Of a stretch of DNA of 32,000 bases, positions 24,393 through 32,000 are shown piece after piece; position 1 is the first letter of the stretch, and each line of letters begins with the position of its first letter. The stretch is from Candidatus Scalindua sp. SCAELEC01 (GTDB taxonomy: Bacteria > Planctomycetota > Brocadiia > Brocadiales > Scalinduaceae): contig SHMT01000008.1 of NCBI GenBank assembly GCA_004282745.1, positions 19,909-51,908 on the forward strand, read 5' to 3'. The notes beneath the pieces were generated by a model. That model had not been told where the DNA came from and did no database searches. It saw only the letters and a list, made by a program, of their open reading frames with translations. The translations under genes were made by a program, and so were the position numbers.

Positions 24393-25721
24393 ATGAAAAC
24401 CTTTGCAAATCTTGGTTTGACTGAAAATTTACTGCGTGCCGTTAAAGACAAAGGCTACGAGATGCCTTCTCCCATACAGGTCCGCGCCATCCCTGCCATA
24501 TTGACCGGTAAAGATATACTTGCCGCAGCGCAAACGGGTACGGGTAAAACAGCAGGTTTCACCCTACCGATGGTACAGATCCTCGATCAGACAGTATCTG
24601 ATGGGGGACGTCCGATCAGGGCACTCGTTTTGACTCCAACCCGGGAGCTAGCAGCACAGGTCCAAGAGAGCATCAAGGCCTATGGTAAATACCTAACCCT
24701 TAAAAGCATGGTTGTTTTTGGAGGTGTGAATATCAAACCACAGATTGATCAATTAAAAAAAGGGGTGGATATTCTGGTTGCTACACCTGGTCGATTACTA
24801 GATCTCTGCAGCCAGAAGGCATGCAGATTGAACCAGGTCAACATGCTGGTCCTTGATGAAGCAGACCGTATGCTAGACATGGGTTTCATTCATGACATCC
24901 GCAGAGTTATCAAACTGTTGCCACCAAAACGGCAAACACTCCTCTTTTCAGCCACCTTTTCAACAGAGATTCGTGCCATGACACGCGAGTTTCTTGTCAA
25001 ACCCACCACCATTGAAGTAACACCAGAATACAAGGCTGCACAGACTGTCTCCCAGTGTGCATATCGATGTGACGCCAAGGCAAAGACCAGCCTTGTTACC
25101 CATCTGATCAACGAAGGAAACTGGGCCCAGGTACTGATTTTCACGCGTACCAAACATGGTGCCAATCGCCTGAGCGTTAAACTTGCACAGGCAGGCATTA
25201 AGACCAATGCCATACATGGCAACAAGACACAGCCCTCTCGCATCAAGGCCCTGGACGATTTAAAAAAACGTAAGATTCGTGTCCTTGTAGCCACTGATAT
25301 TGCCGCACGCGGTCTGGATATTATCCAGTTGCCGCATGTTGTCAATTATGATCTGCCCAATGTACCGGAGGATTATGTCCACCGCATTGGTAGGACAGGA
25401 AGAGCTGGTATGGAAGGCGAAGCTATTTCCCTGGTCTGCAATGAAGAGCGGGCTTTTCTACGCGGTATCGAAAAACTGACTGGTCAATCGATTAAGCTAT
25501 TGGATGTGTCAGGTTTCGAGCCAACCATCTGGCCGAGAAGAGCCCCAACTGCCAGTGAAGTGCAAAAAACTGCCGCAATACGCAAAGAAACCGCACGTCA
25601 GGCACGTGGCCCTCGCAGACAAACTGCAACCAGAACTTCAACCAGAGAGAGCACTGCTACGGGTAAAAAACCCAGCAGAAGCGGTAATCAAAAACGGAAA
25701 TTTCCTGGTGGAAAAGGCTAG
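24393..25721 (+). CDS. rhlE: DEAD-box ATP-dependent RNA helicase (RhlE-like, basic C-terminal tail)
   Basis: Q motif (F..LGL...L..A....GY..PSPIQ), [21 protein letters not shown] and [10 protein letters not shown], plus an Arg/Lys/Thr-rich tail. Confidence 0.9.
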   Translation: MKTFANLGLTENLLRAVKDKGYEMPSPIQVRAIPAILTGKDILAAAQTGTGKTAGFTLPMVQILDQTVSDGGRPIRALVLTPTRELAAQVQESIKAYGKYLTLKSMVVFGGVNIKPQIDQLKKGVDILVATPGRLLDLCSQKACRLNQVNMLVLDEADRMLDMGFIHDIRRVIKLLPPKRQTLLFSATFSTEIRAMTREFLVKPTTIEVTPEYKAAQTVSQCAYRCDAKAKTSLVTHLINEGNWAQVLIFTRTKHGANRLSVKLAQAGIKTNAIHGNKTQPSRIKALDDLKKRKIRVLVATDIAARGLDIIQLPHVVNYDLPNVPEDYVHRIGRTGRAGMEGEAISLVCNEERAFLRGIEKLTGQSIKLLDVSGFEPTIWPRRAPTASEVQKTAAIRKETARQARGPRRQTATRTSTRESTATGKKPSRSGNQKRKFPGGKG

Positions 25722-25746
25722 TTGTATCCCCTAAAGAGATGGCCTG

Positions 25747-26187
25747 TTACCTTCCCCTTCCACCCCTGCCACCACTGTACCCTCCCTTGCCACCACCATA
25801 TCCGCCTTTTTTGCTACCACTGTATCCTCCCTTGCCACCACCATATCCGCCCTTTCTGCTACCGCCATATCCACCCTTACCTCCACCCTGTCCGCCACCG
25901 AAACCTCCGCCGTACCCACCACCTGAACCTCCTCCAAAGTTTCCGGTACGAGGACGTGCTTCATTCACGTTAAGCGTTCTTCCCTTTAACTCTTTACCGT
26001 TCAACCCATCAATTGCCGCTTGTCCTTCAGCTTTAGATGGCATTTCAACGAATGCAAATCCTTTTGGCTGACCACTAAACTTATCTTTAATGATATTAAT
26101 TGATTCAATCTTACCGAATGGTTCACAAGCAAGCCGTAAATCTTCTTCGGTGGTGTCGTATGACATATTTCCAACATAAATATTCAT
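25747..26187 (-). CDS. RRM-domain RNA-binding protein with a long glycine/tyrosine-rich C-terminal tail
   Basis: MNIYVGNMSY (RNP2) and KGFAFVEM (RNP1), then GGGSGGGYGGGFGGGQGGGKGGYGG... The ATG at 26187 is preceded by AAAGGAAAAG. Confidence 0.9.
   Translation of the reverse strand: MNIYVGNMSYDTTEEDLRLACEPFGKIESINIIKDKFSGQPKGFAFVEMPSKAEGQAAIDGLNGKELKGRTLNVNEARPRTGNFGGGSGGGYGGGFGGGQGGGKGGYGGSRKGGYGGGKGGYSGSKKGGYGGGKGGYSGGRGGRGR
25769..25858 (-). repeat. Two tandem 45-bp coding repeats (GGYGGGKGGYSGSKK-type unit) in the Gly-rich tail
   Basis: Units 25769-25813 and 25814-25858 are near-identical, and a degenerate third unit follows. Confidence 0.7.
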
Positions 26188-26250
26188 TCTCTTTTCCTTT
26201 CTCACAATAAAGTTTTACTTAAGATATCATTTTTACAATGGGCATATATC

Positions 26251-26288
26251 AAAGCCCCCGATACCCTTTCATTGATATTGGGGGCTTT
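26251..26288 (-). terminator. Candidate terminator hairpin downstream of csp (9-bp stem AAAGCCCCC/GGGGGCTTT, 20-nt loop)
   Basis: Read directly. It has short T runs on both strands. The large loop makes it weak. Confidence 0.3.
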
Positions 26289-26398
26289 TACGTAATCATT
26301 ACAATAATATTTTGCAACTACCCTATATTAATTATTACTTACAACTCTCTTTCGATAGATTATGCAGTATAAATATATGAGGATATCTTAAAACATAT

Positions 26399-26599
26399 TT
26401 ATATTTTGACAACGTTCGAGGCTTTGCTGCCCTTTTGGCCCTCTTCGACTTCAAACTCTACCTGGTCCCCTTCTGAAAGGCTTTTAAAGCCATCAGACTG
26501 GATTGCGGTATGGTGAACAAAGACATCGTCTCCGTTTTCCTGAGAAATGAAGCCAAATCCCTTTGAGTCGCTAAACCACTTAACTGTTCCATTTTGCAT
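26399..26599 (-). CDS. csp: Cold-shock domain protein (CspA family)
   Basis: [18 protein letters not shown] (RNP1) and VFVHH (RNP2), 66 aa. AAGGGGGTGA RBS. The upstream 49 codons of the ORF-track call are non-coding leader. Confidence 0.92.
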   Translation of the reverse strand: MQNGTVKWFSDSKGFGFISQENGDDVFVHHTAIQSDGFKSLSEGDQVEFEVEEGQKGSKASNVVKI

Positions 26600-26630
26600 A
26601 CTGAAAATCACCCCCTTAAAATAGTAAAAA

Positions 26631-26678
26631 GGTATAAAAATAAAAAAAGGCTGCAAGATTGGAAACCTTGCAGCCTTT
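26631..26678 (-). terminator. Intrinsic-terminator-like hairpin plus T-tract inside, or just upstream of, the csp leader
   Basis: On the minus strand, a 12-bp stem AAAGGCTGCAAG/CTTGCAGCCTTT with a 9-nt loop is followed by TTTTTTTATTTTTA. It ends about 32 nt before the csp ATG. Confidence 0.5.
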
Positions 26679-26744
26679 ATACAAACAAATATATATCGAA
26701 CGATACAACTACCAACTTGAACCACATAGTAACACACATTAAGC

Positions 26745-26774
26745 ATTAAAGCAAGGGGAAATATATTTTGTCAA
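26745..26774 (-). promoter_or_regulatory. Sigma70-like promoter candidate for csp (TTGACA-N18-TTTAAT), implying a roughly 135-nt leader
   Basis: Hexamers read from the minus strand. Confidence 0.3.
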
Positions 26775-27095
26775 ACCAAAAGAGAATGGCTCTCCTGAAA
26801 ACACCGTATAAGATACATGTTTTCAGGAGCGTATTGTGGCAACAGAAGAGATTATTACATGTAATTATTGTAAATTGATTTTCTGTTTTCAATCGGTATA
26901 CTAAAGAGAAAGCAACGCATAAGAAAAGAGTCTCAATAAAGTAAGTGAAAACGATGGCGCTGTTTGAGAAAAATTATCGCACATAGGATTTGACGAGAAG
27001 TAAGACCCATAAAGTAAATTTTAATTACCACTATTGTGGTAATGGTTTTTTCCTAAGCCGGCGCTTGGGAACAGGAAAGTAAGGGGGTAACAACA

Positions 27096-27305
27096 TTGAA
27101 GGTCACAGTTATTATTATCAGTTCTCTTTCTATTTTATTCTTATTTGCCGCTATACACTACGGTTTTGGGGTTCATGCAGGGAAGATTAGGGCATCCGAC
27201 CATATGACAGTCGCATTAATTGCAACCGGCATCTCTATTATCACCCATGGGTTCGTTATTGCCTTTTTCCCAGAAAAAAAGAGAACAGAGAATGATAAGA
27301 AATAG
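27096..27305 (+). CDS. Small two-TM membrane protein
   Basis: TTG start with AAGGGGG 12 nt upstream. Two hydrophobic helices and a basic C-terminus. No recognisable family. Confidence 0.45.
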   Translation: MKVTVIIISSLSILFLFAAIHYGFGVHAGKIRASDHMTVALIATGISIITHGFVIAFFPEKKRTENDKK

Positions 27306-27559
27306 AACCGTATTTTGTCTTCTGTTTCTCGGGTTTTTGTCCACCACCTTAACCACAGGGTGTGATCAAAAAAATGGTCAATGAGGTTGTCGACTCTGTA
27401 TCAGAAGATCAGGTGTTTTCTGAACTGGCATTGAATACTTTCGAAAAAGAAACAGGCGTAAAGGTAAGGGTTGTCTATGATACGGAAGAGACAAAAGGCA
27501 CAGGAGTGAGGAGCTTCTCTTTACCCTTGTTGAAAGTGATGATGCTACAAATGCAATAA
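27292..27559 (+). pseudogene. Frameshifted and truncated remnant of an ABC-transporter periplasmic substrate-binding lipoprotein (Fe3+-type PBP2 family)
   Basis: Frame 1: MIRNRTVFCLLFLGFLSTTLTTGC (lipobox), stopping at 27382-84. The +1 frame continues NEVVDSVSEDQVFSELALNTFEKETGVKVRVVYDTEETKGTG, which resembles the N-terminus of iron-type SBPs. An A7 run sits at the frame junction. The ORF ends after about 65 aa, whereas a full-length protein would be about 340 aa. Confidence 0.55.
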
Positions 27560-27650
27560 GGGAATGTTTTTACAATGCGCCCCACAGTAAAAATATGTTG
27601 TCAACGTCTTGTTAATTATTAATTTTGTTTTGTGTAATGGAAGGATTTAG

Positions 27651-29294
27651 ATGATGAAAGCTTCTGATTTGTTTGTGAAAGCCCTTGAGAATGAAGGTGT
27701 TAAATATGTGTTTGGAATACCGGGTGAAGAGAACTTAGATTTTTTAAATTCCCTTAAAGACTCTAAAATAGAGTTAATTTTAACCCGCCATGAACAGGGT
27801 GCCGGTTTTATGGCAGCCACCGTTGGCCGCTTAACGGGTAAACCGGGAGTTTGTCTTGCCACTCTAGGACCTGGTGCTACCAATCTGGTAACTACAGCAG
27901 CTTATGCTACCTTAGGCGCGATGCCTATGCTCATGATCACAGGGCAGAAGCCCATAAAGAAAAGTAAACAGGGCCGGTTCCAAATTATTGACACCATCGA
28001 TATGATGCGTCCCATTACCAAATACAGTAAACAAATAGTCAATGGTAATAGCATTCCGTCCATGACGCGAGAAGCCTTCAGGGTAGCACAAGAAGAGAGG
28101 CCGGGAGCCGTTCACTTGGAACTGCCCGAAGATATTGCTGTTGAAGAGTGTGAGGAGCGTATATTTGAGGTGGTTGGCTACCGGAGACCTGACGCAGATG
28201 ACCTGGCTATTTCAAAAGCCACCCAGATGATTAAAGATGCCAAGATGCCTCTAATTCTGATAGGTGCGGGAGCTAATCGAAAGCGCACGAGCAAAGCCCT
28301 TCGGAATTTGGTTGAAACAACACAGATTCCCTATTTTACTACTCAAATGGGTAAGGGGGTCATTGATGCAAGACATCCACAATGCTTAGGCACCGCAGCG
28401 TTGTCAGATCATGATTTTGTACACTGCGCAATTAGCAGGGCAGATTTGATCATTAACATTGGTCATGATGTAATAGAAAAGCCACCTTTTTTTATGGCTG
28501 ATCACCAAAAAGTCATCCATGTAAACTTTTTCCCGGCCCATGTAGATGATGTCTATTTTCCTCAACTTATTGTAGTTGGCGATATTGCAACATCCGTAGA
28601 GCATCTTGCCCGCCATCTTGGAGAACTGAAAGCCAACTGGGACTTCTCTTATTTTAAGCGTATCAAAGATAATGTCAAAGAGCACTTATCAAAATATTTT
28701 GAAGATCCTCGCTTTCCCATACTCCCTCAAAGAATTGTGAACATCATCAGACAACAGCTTCCTGACGATGGTATTGTCAGCTTAGATAATGGTGTTTATA
28801 AAATCTGGTTTGCCAGAAGCTATCCCTGTTATAAGCCAAACACTCTTCTTTTAGACAACGCTTTGGCAACCATGGGAGCTGGATTGCCATCAGCCATAGC
28901 TGCTAAAATGATAAAACCTAAAAAAAAGGTGATTGCTGTCTGTGGTGATGGTGGTTTTATGATGAACTCTCAAGAGCTGGAAACAGCTACCAGGCTCGGT
29001 TTAGATCTGACAGTAATTATTCTGAATGACGGCGGTTATGGTATGATAAAATGGAAACAAGAAGGCCTGGGCTTTGATAACTTTGGTTTAGAGTATAAAA
29101 ACCCCGATTTTGTTAAGTATGCTGAAAGTTACGGAGCCAGAGGCTATCGTCCTCGTAGTGTACAGGACTTTATAGATATACTGAAAAAAACGCTCACGAC
29201 TCCTGGTGTTCACGTGATTGATCTGGCCGTTGACTACTCTTTAAACCACAGCATCTTAAACGTCTTGCTCAAACAAAAAACCTGTATATTATAA
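27651..29294 (+). CDS. Thiamine-diphosphate enzyme of the acetolactate synthase large-subunit family
   Basis: 547 aa. N-terminal Pyr domain (GVKYVFGIPGEENLDF..RHEQGAGFMA) and the ThDP-binding motif GDGGFMMNSQELETA...NDGGYG. Confidence 0.85.
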   Translation: MMKASDLFVKALENEGVKYVFGIPGEENLDFLNSLKDSKIELILTRHEQGAGFMAATVGRLTGKPGVCLATLGPGATNLVTTAAYATLGAMPMLMITGQKPIKKSKQGRFQIIDTIDMMRPITKYSKQIVNGNSIPSMTREAFRVAQEERPGAVHLELPEDIAVEECEERIFEVVGYRRPDADDLAISKATQMIKDAKMPLILIGAGANRKRTSKALRNLVETTQIPYFTTQMGKGVIDARHPQCLGTAALSDHDFVHCAISRADLIINIGHDVIEKPPFFMADHQKVIHVNFFPAHVDDVYFPQLIVVGDIATSVEHLARHLGELKANWDFSYFKRIKDNVKEHLSKYFEDPRFPILPQRIVNIIRQQLPDDGIVSLDNGVYKIWFARSYPCYKPNTLLLDNALATMGAGLPSAIAAKMIKPKKKVIAVCGDGGFMMNSQELETATRLGLDLTVIILNDGGYGMIKWKQEGLGFDNFGLEYKNPDFVKYAESYGARGYRPRSVQDFIDILKKTLTTPGVHVIDLAVDYSLNHSILNVLLKQKTCIL

Positions 29295-29700
29295 ACGCAC
29301 ACAAATTGTTAACCAGAAATCCCGATACAATAAACTTCATTTTGCTATGAATCTTCAGTTGTCAATTTTTGCACTCCGTAGAAAAATGCAACATCGATGA
29401 GAAATGCCACCTTATTTATCTGCACCAGAAATACGCCGAGGGAGACCTTAACTTGTATGGGAGTAAAGCCTTATTGATATCGATACTATCCACAGAAGTA
29501 ACACTATACATGTGGCACATTAGTTGCTACAACATTCCACATATAGTACTATACAGCCATCACTTCTGTCTGTTTAAAAGTAAAAAGATCTATTTTCATT
29601 GACGCACTTGCTTGACGAGAGAAAATAGGAATAGATTACTGTATATCCAGTATAAAGAGATGAAAAGATCTCTTATTAACCTATTTAAGGAGGCAACAGA

Positions 29701-29832
29701 TTGAAATCACACCACGACTACAATCACTATTACGGTGATATCTATCCATCTCTTCTTAAAAGACCGACGTCACTCTTGAGAAGATTTTTTTTACCGATAC
29801 GTTGGTTTTGGTTGAGTATCTGGAGCAACTGA
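29701..29832 (+). CDS. Candidate 43-aa small protein (His/Tyr-rich N-terminus, Trp/Arg-rich C-terminus)
   Basis: My own read: a perfect AAGGAGG 7 nt upstream of TTG 29701. Translation MKSHHDYNHYYGDIYPSLLKRPTSLLRRFFLPIRWFWLSIWSN, stop at 29830-32. It is below the ORF-track size cutoff. Confidence 0.3.
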   Translation: MKSHHDYNHYYGDIYPSLLKRPTSLLRRFFLPIRWFWLSIWSN

Positions 29833-29855
29833 TGTCAATATAAAGGAGTTGAAAA

Positions 29856-30257
29856 ATGGACAATAGAAAAATTGATATGCCACTGAGAATAACATTCAGA
29901 CTAATACCCCTTATCGCCATGAGGAAGATTCCTAACGTCTGGAACAGGGTAACGGTCATGCGTGTTGGAACCGAAGGTTTCCGTTTTTCCCATAATGAAC
30001 ATTTAGAAGTTGGTTCTCTTATTGATCTAAAAATTGATTTTCCAGGGATTGGATATACAACACACTGTATTGGAGAAATAGACCGTACAGAGCAGTTTCA
30101 GCAATCCTCTCTTTTCTCTATTACCGTAAAAATAAGGGAGATGGAGAGGCAGGATAAAGAGTTTATGGAAACTATTGTTGAAGAGATGGTACTATTTAGC
30201 GAAAGCATATCCATAATAAAACAGGTAACTTCCTTTGAAACGCACATTCGACTATAA
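29856..30257 (+). CDS. Hypothetical protein, PilZ-like with degenerate motifs
   Basis: AAGGAG RBS. RITFR (RxxxR), then about 20 aa later RVGTEG where PilZ has [DN]xSxxG, followed by a LEVGSLIDLKIDFPG-type beta pattern. Confidence 0.5.
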   Translation: MDNRKIDMPLRITFRLIPLIAMRKIPNVWNRVTVMRVGTEGFRFSHNEHLEVGSLIDLKIDFPGIGYTTHCIGEIDRTEQFQQSSLFSITVKIREMERQDKEFMETIVEEMVLFSESISIIKQVTSFETHIRL

Positions 30258-30717
30258 AATAGGAATTATTTCAGATACCCACGGCCTTGTTCGCCCACAA
30301 ATTGTGAATCTATTCGCAGACGTCGATTTGATTATACATGCAGGTGATATCGGGAATCCGGATGTGTTAAAAGCATTACAATCCATTGCTAAAGTTCACG
30401 CCGTTCACGGGAATGTTGACGTTGGAAAATTAGCCGCAAATTTGCCGAAAATCGAAGTGATAAAAGTAGGTGAACTTCTTTTCTGTGTACTTCATGATAT
30501 TTACGACCTCGCCTTTGATCCCGCTGCAGCGGGATTTCATGCCGTAATCAGCGGCCATTCACACATACCGACAATCGAAAAAAGAGGCGGTGTACTTTTT
30601 CTCAATCCGGGAAGTGCGGGTCCCAAGCGTTTCAAGCATCCCGTTACTCTTGCCTTTATCTATGTAAAAGGTATTACTCTGGAGGCTGAGGTGGTTGAGG
30701 TAGGGGAGACAACTTAA
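30235..30717 (+). CDS. YfcE/MJ0936-type metallophosphoesterase
   Basis: ISDTHG, HAGD, HGN(V)D and GHSH motifs in the canonical order. TTG start overlapping the upstream gene by 23 nt. Confidence 0.8.
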   Translation: MKRTFDYKIGIISDTHGLVRPQIVNLFADVDLIIHAGDIGNPDVLKALQSIAKVHAVHGNVDVGKLAANLPKIEVIKVGELLFCVLHDIYDLAFDPAAAGFHAVISGHSHIPTIEKRGGVLFLNPGSAGPKRFKHPVTLAFIYVKGITLEAEVVEVGETT

Positions 30718-31058
30718 GATTCTGTTCCTGAATCAAGCTTTGATTTACTTATTGTCTCAATCATAGGACGAATGATCTCTTTTTTCTCCTCTCTAACAGC
30801 ATCTAGCAAGTCTTCTATACCATAAATACTCTTTAACTCTTCTATGATCTCTTGCGTAATCATTTTCTCGCCATAATGACCATGCATACCAAATGCAAGG
30901 GCATGTGCGATGCAGCTTGCACACTCACACGTACCAATTGTATAAAATGGGGAGGTATTAAAAGACCCAGTACCATGTGTCTCCTTAGAGTAGTGGTTAT
31001 TAAAATAACCATCATCCTGTATATGATTCAGTTTATAAACAATGTCTGTGTATTTCAC
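30714..31058 (-). CDS. Hypothetical Cys/His-rich small protein
   Basis: 114-aa ORF containing TCECASCIAHALAFGMHGH. Family not recognised. It is on the same strand as, and 240 bp downstream of, the HAO-like gene. Confidence 0.5.
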   Translation of the reverse strand: MKYTDIVYKLNHIQDDGYFNNHYSKETHGTGSFNTSPFYTIGTCECASCIAHALAFGMHGHYGEKMITQEIIEELKSIYGIEDLLDAVREEKKEIIRPMIETISKSKLDSGTES

Positions 31059-31298
31059 TCTTCTCTACCCTCTCTGTGTGGGTCGTAAATGACGGTAACA
31101 AATAATACAACCGCTTTCATATTATCGTATCGCTCTCATAAATAGGTTCGCCAGGATACCAGCACCTGCACGCTCGGTAAAAGGTAGTGTAGTAGTAAGC
31201 GACCTTTTGCATGTATAAATGACCCATCAAGCAGAATGCTTAGCATTACTATACGAATTCAAAGAACCGAGAATCACTATGTAATGGGCACAAAATCC

Positions 31299-32000
31299 CT
31301 AATCAGCAAGGCAATCTACCTGGTCATTGTGGAGACATTCAGATTTTGGAAGTACGTCACCCTCTTTACGGTTTTTCCCCTTTAATAGGTCTGTGTATTC
31401 CCCCTGACTCCAGAACTTGAACGGCACATGCTCAATATCCATAGCCTTCTCTAATCTCGCCATTCTCTTAAGCCTTGAAGCTTCCGCCTTAATGGCAATC
31501 AGCTTTCGGTGCATTGGAATGGCGCCGCCTCTACTATAACTGTGATTTTCCATCGAGGAGTGCGCCGCTGCTTTATACACGTTCGTTATCTGATACGTCG
31601 CCATTTCAAAAAACAACCGTTCTATGTTGGAAACATTATATACCCGCGTTTCTCCTTCAGGCAAAAGACTAAATATGCTATGCCCCTGCCAGTCAGGTGC
31701 CAGTCCTTCAGGCATAGGATCAAGTATACCTTCGTCATAAAGATCTATTATTATGTTGTAGGCCTCTCGTACCTTTGCAAAGTTAAGATTTACGATATCA
31801 TCCATAGCGCTCAGCTGGTCTCTTGCAAAGTTTGAAGAGTGACAATTTTTACAAACCTTAATCCACGCATTACGTTTCTTTTCATGTTTCTTTGCTCCAC
31901 GATCAACTTGCGATGAACCCATATAGGTAAACTCTGTTGAGGCGTTTAAAATATCATGATTTCCTTCCGGCATATGGCAGTAGGCACACGTGGGAGTTCT
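31299..32000 (-). CDS. Multiheme cytochrome c of the hydroxylamine oxidoreductase (HAO/HDH) family, C-terminal part; the N-terminus lies beyond the window end
   Basis: The ORF stays open to base 32000 (RTPTCAYCHMPEGNHD...). Two heme c motifs, CAYCH and CKNCHSSNF, then a long helical C-terminal region as in HAO-type octahemes. Confidence 0.75.
   Translation of the reverse strand, partial: RTPTCAYCHMPEGNHDILNASTEFTYMGSSQVDRGAKKHEKKRNAWIKVCKNCHSSNFARDQLSAMDDIVNLNFAKVREAYNIIIDLYDEGILDPMPEGLAPDWQGHSIFSLLPEGETRVYNVSNIERLFFEMATYQITNVYKAAAHSSMENHSYSRGGAIPMHRKLIAIKAEASRLKRMARLEKAMDIEHVPFKFWSQGEYTDLLKGKNRKEGDVLPKSECLHNDQVDCLAD

Noticed and set aside
25739-26071. 110-aa proline-rich plus-strand ORF (PPLPPLYPPLPPPYPP...)
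   Set aside because: It is the antisense reading of the Gly/Tyr-rich tail of the RRM protein, whose RNP1 and RNP2 motifs make the minus-strand frame certain.
1-32000. Search for rRNA, tRNA, CRISPR arrays, integrases and transposases
   Set aside because: I found no cloverleaf-like or rRNA-like segments, no repeat-spacer arrays and no transposase or integrase ORFs by eye. The miniature elements therefore appear non-autonomous within this window.

Overview
All calls come from reading the sequence and ORF track and from remembered family motifs; no searches were run. The window is AT-rich bacterial DNA. It most plausibly comes from an anammox planctomycete (Brocadiales). That is an inference from a partial HAO-type multiheme cytochrome at the right edge and a ladderane-type lipid operon.

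Layout, left to right:
1. A minus-strand MoxR/DUF58 module (1-6971). A 1222-aa ORF precedes it, with three TM helices and about 425 aa of [S/A]-G-x-x tetrapeptide repeats. The module is split by an insertion carrying hicAB, a DUF4143 ATPase fragment and a MITE.
2. A glycine-zipper lipoprotein, then a MATE efflux plus MBL hydrolase pair.
3. A MITE-saturated stretch (10.4-14.9 kb) holding a DUF1640 protein, acpS and a full-length DUF4143 AAA+ ATPase.
4. The headline feature: a tightly coupled plus-strand six-gene operon (15026-22771). It encodes a B12-binding radical SAM enzyme, an intact FabF-type ketosynthase, a ketosynthase paralog lacking the Cys-His-His triad (CLF-like), a FadH/OYE-type Fe-S flavoprotein reductase, a crotonase and FabG.
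5. An RNA-remodelling island (23799-26599): an RRM protein, a DEAD-box helicase, a glycine-rich RRM protein and a cold-shock protein with a terminator-like leader.
6. A small membrane protein, a frameshifted substrate-binding-protein remnant, a ThDP acetolactate-synthase-like enzyme, a PilZ-like protein, a metallophosphoesterase, a Cys/His-rich small protein and the 5'-truncated HAO-like gene.

At least four families of TIR-bounded non-coding elements (here called A-D) occur in about 15 full or partial copies. They include a nested insertion, a copy with a clean 9-bp target-site duplication, and copies abutting or supplying stop codons. No transposase, rRNA, tRNA or CRISPR array was found.
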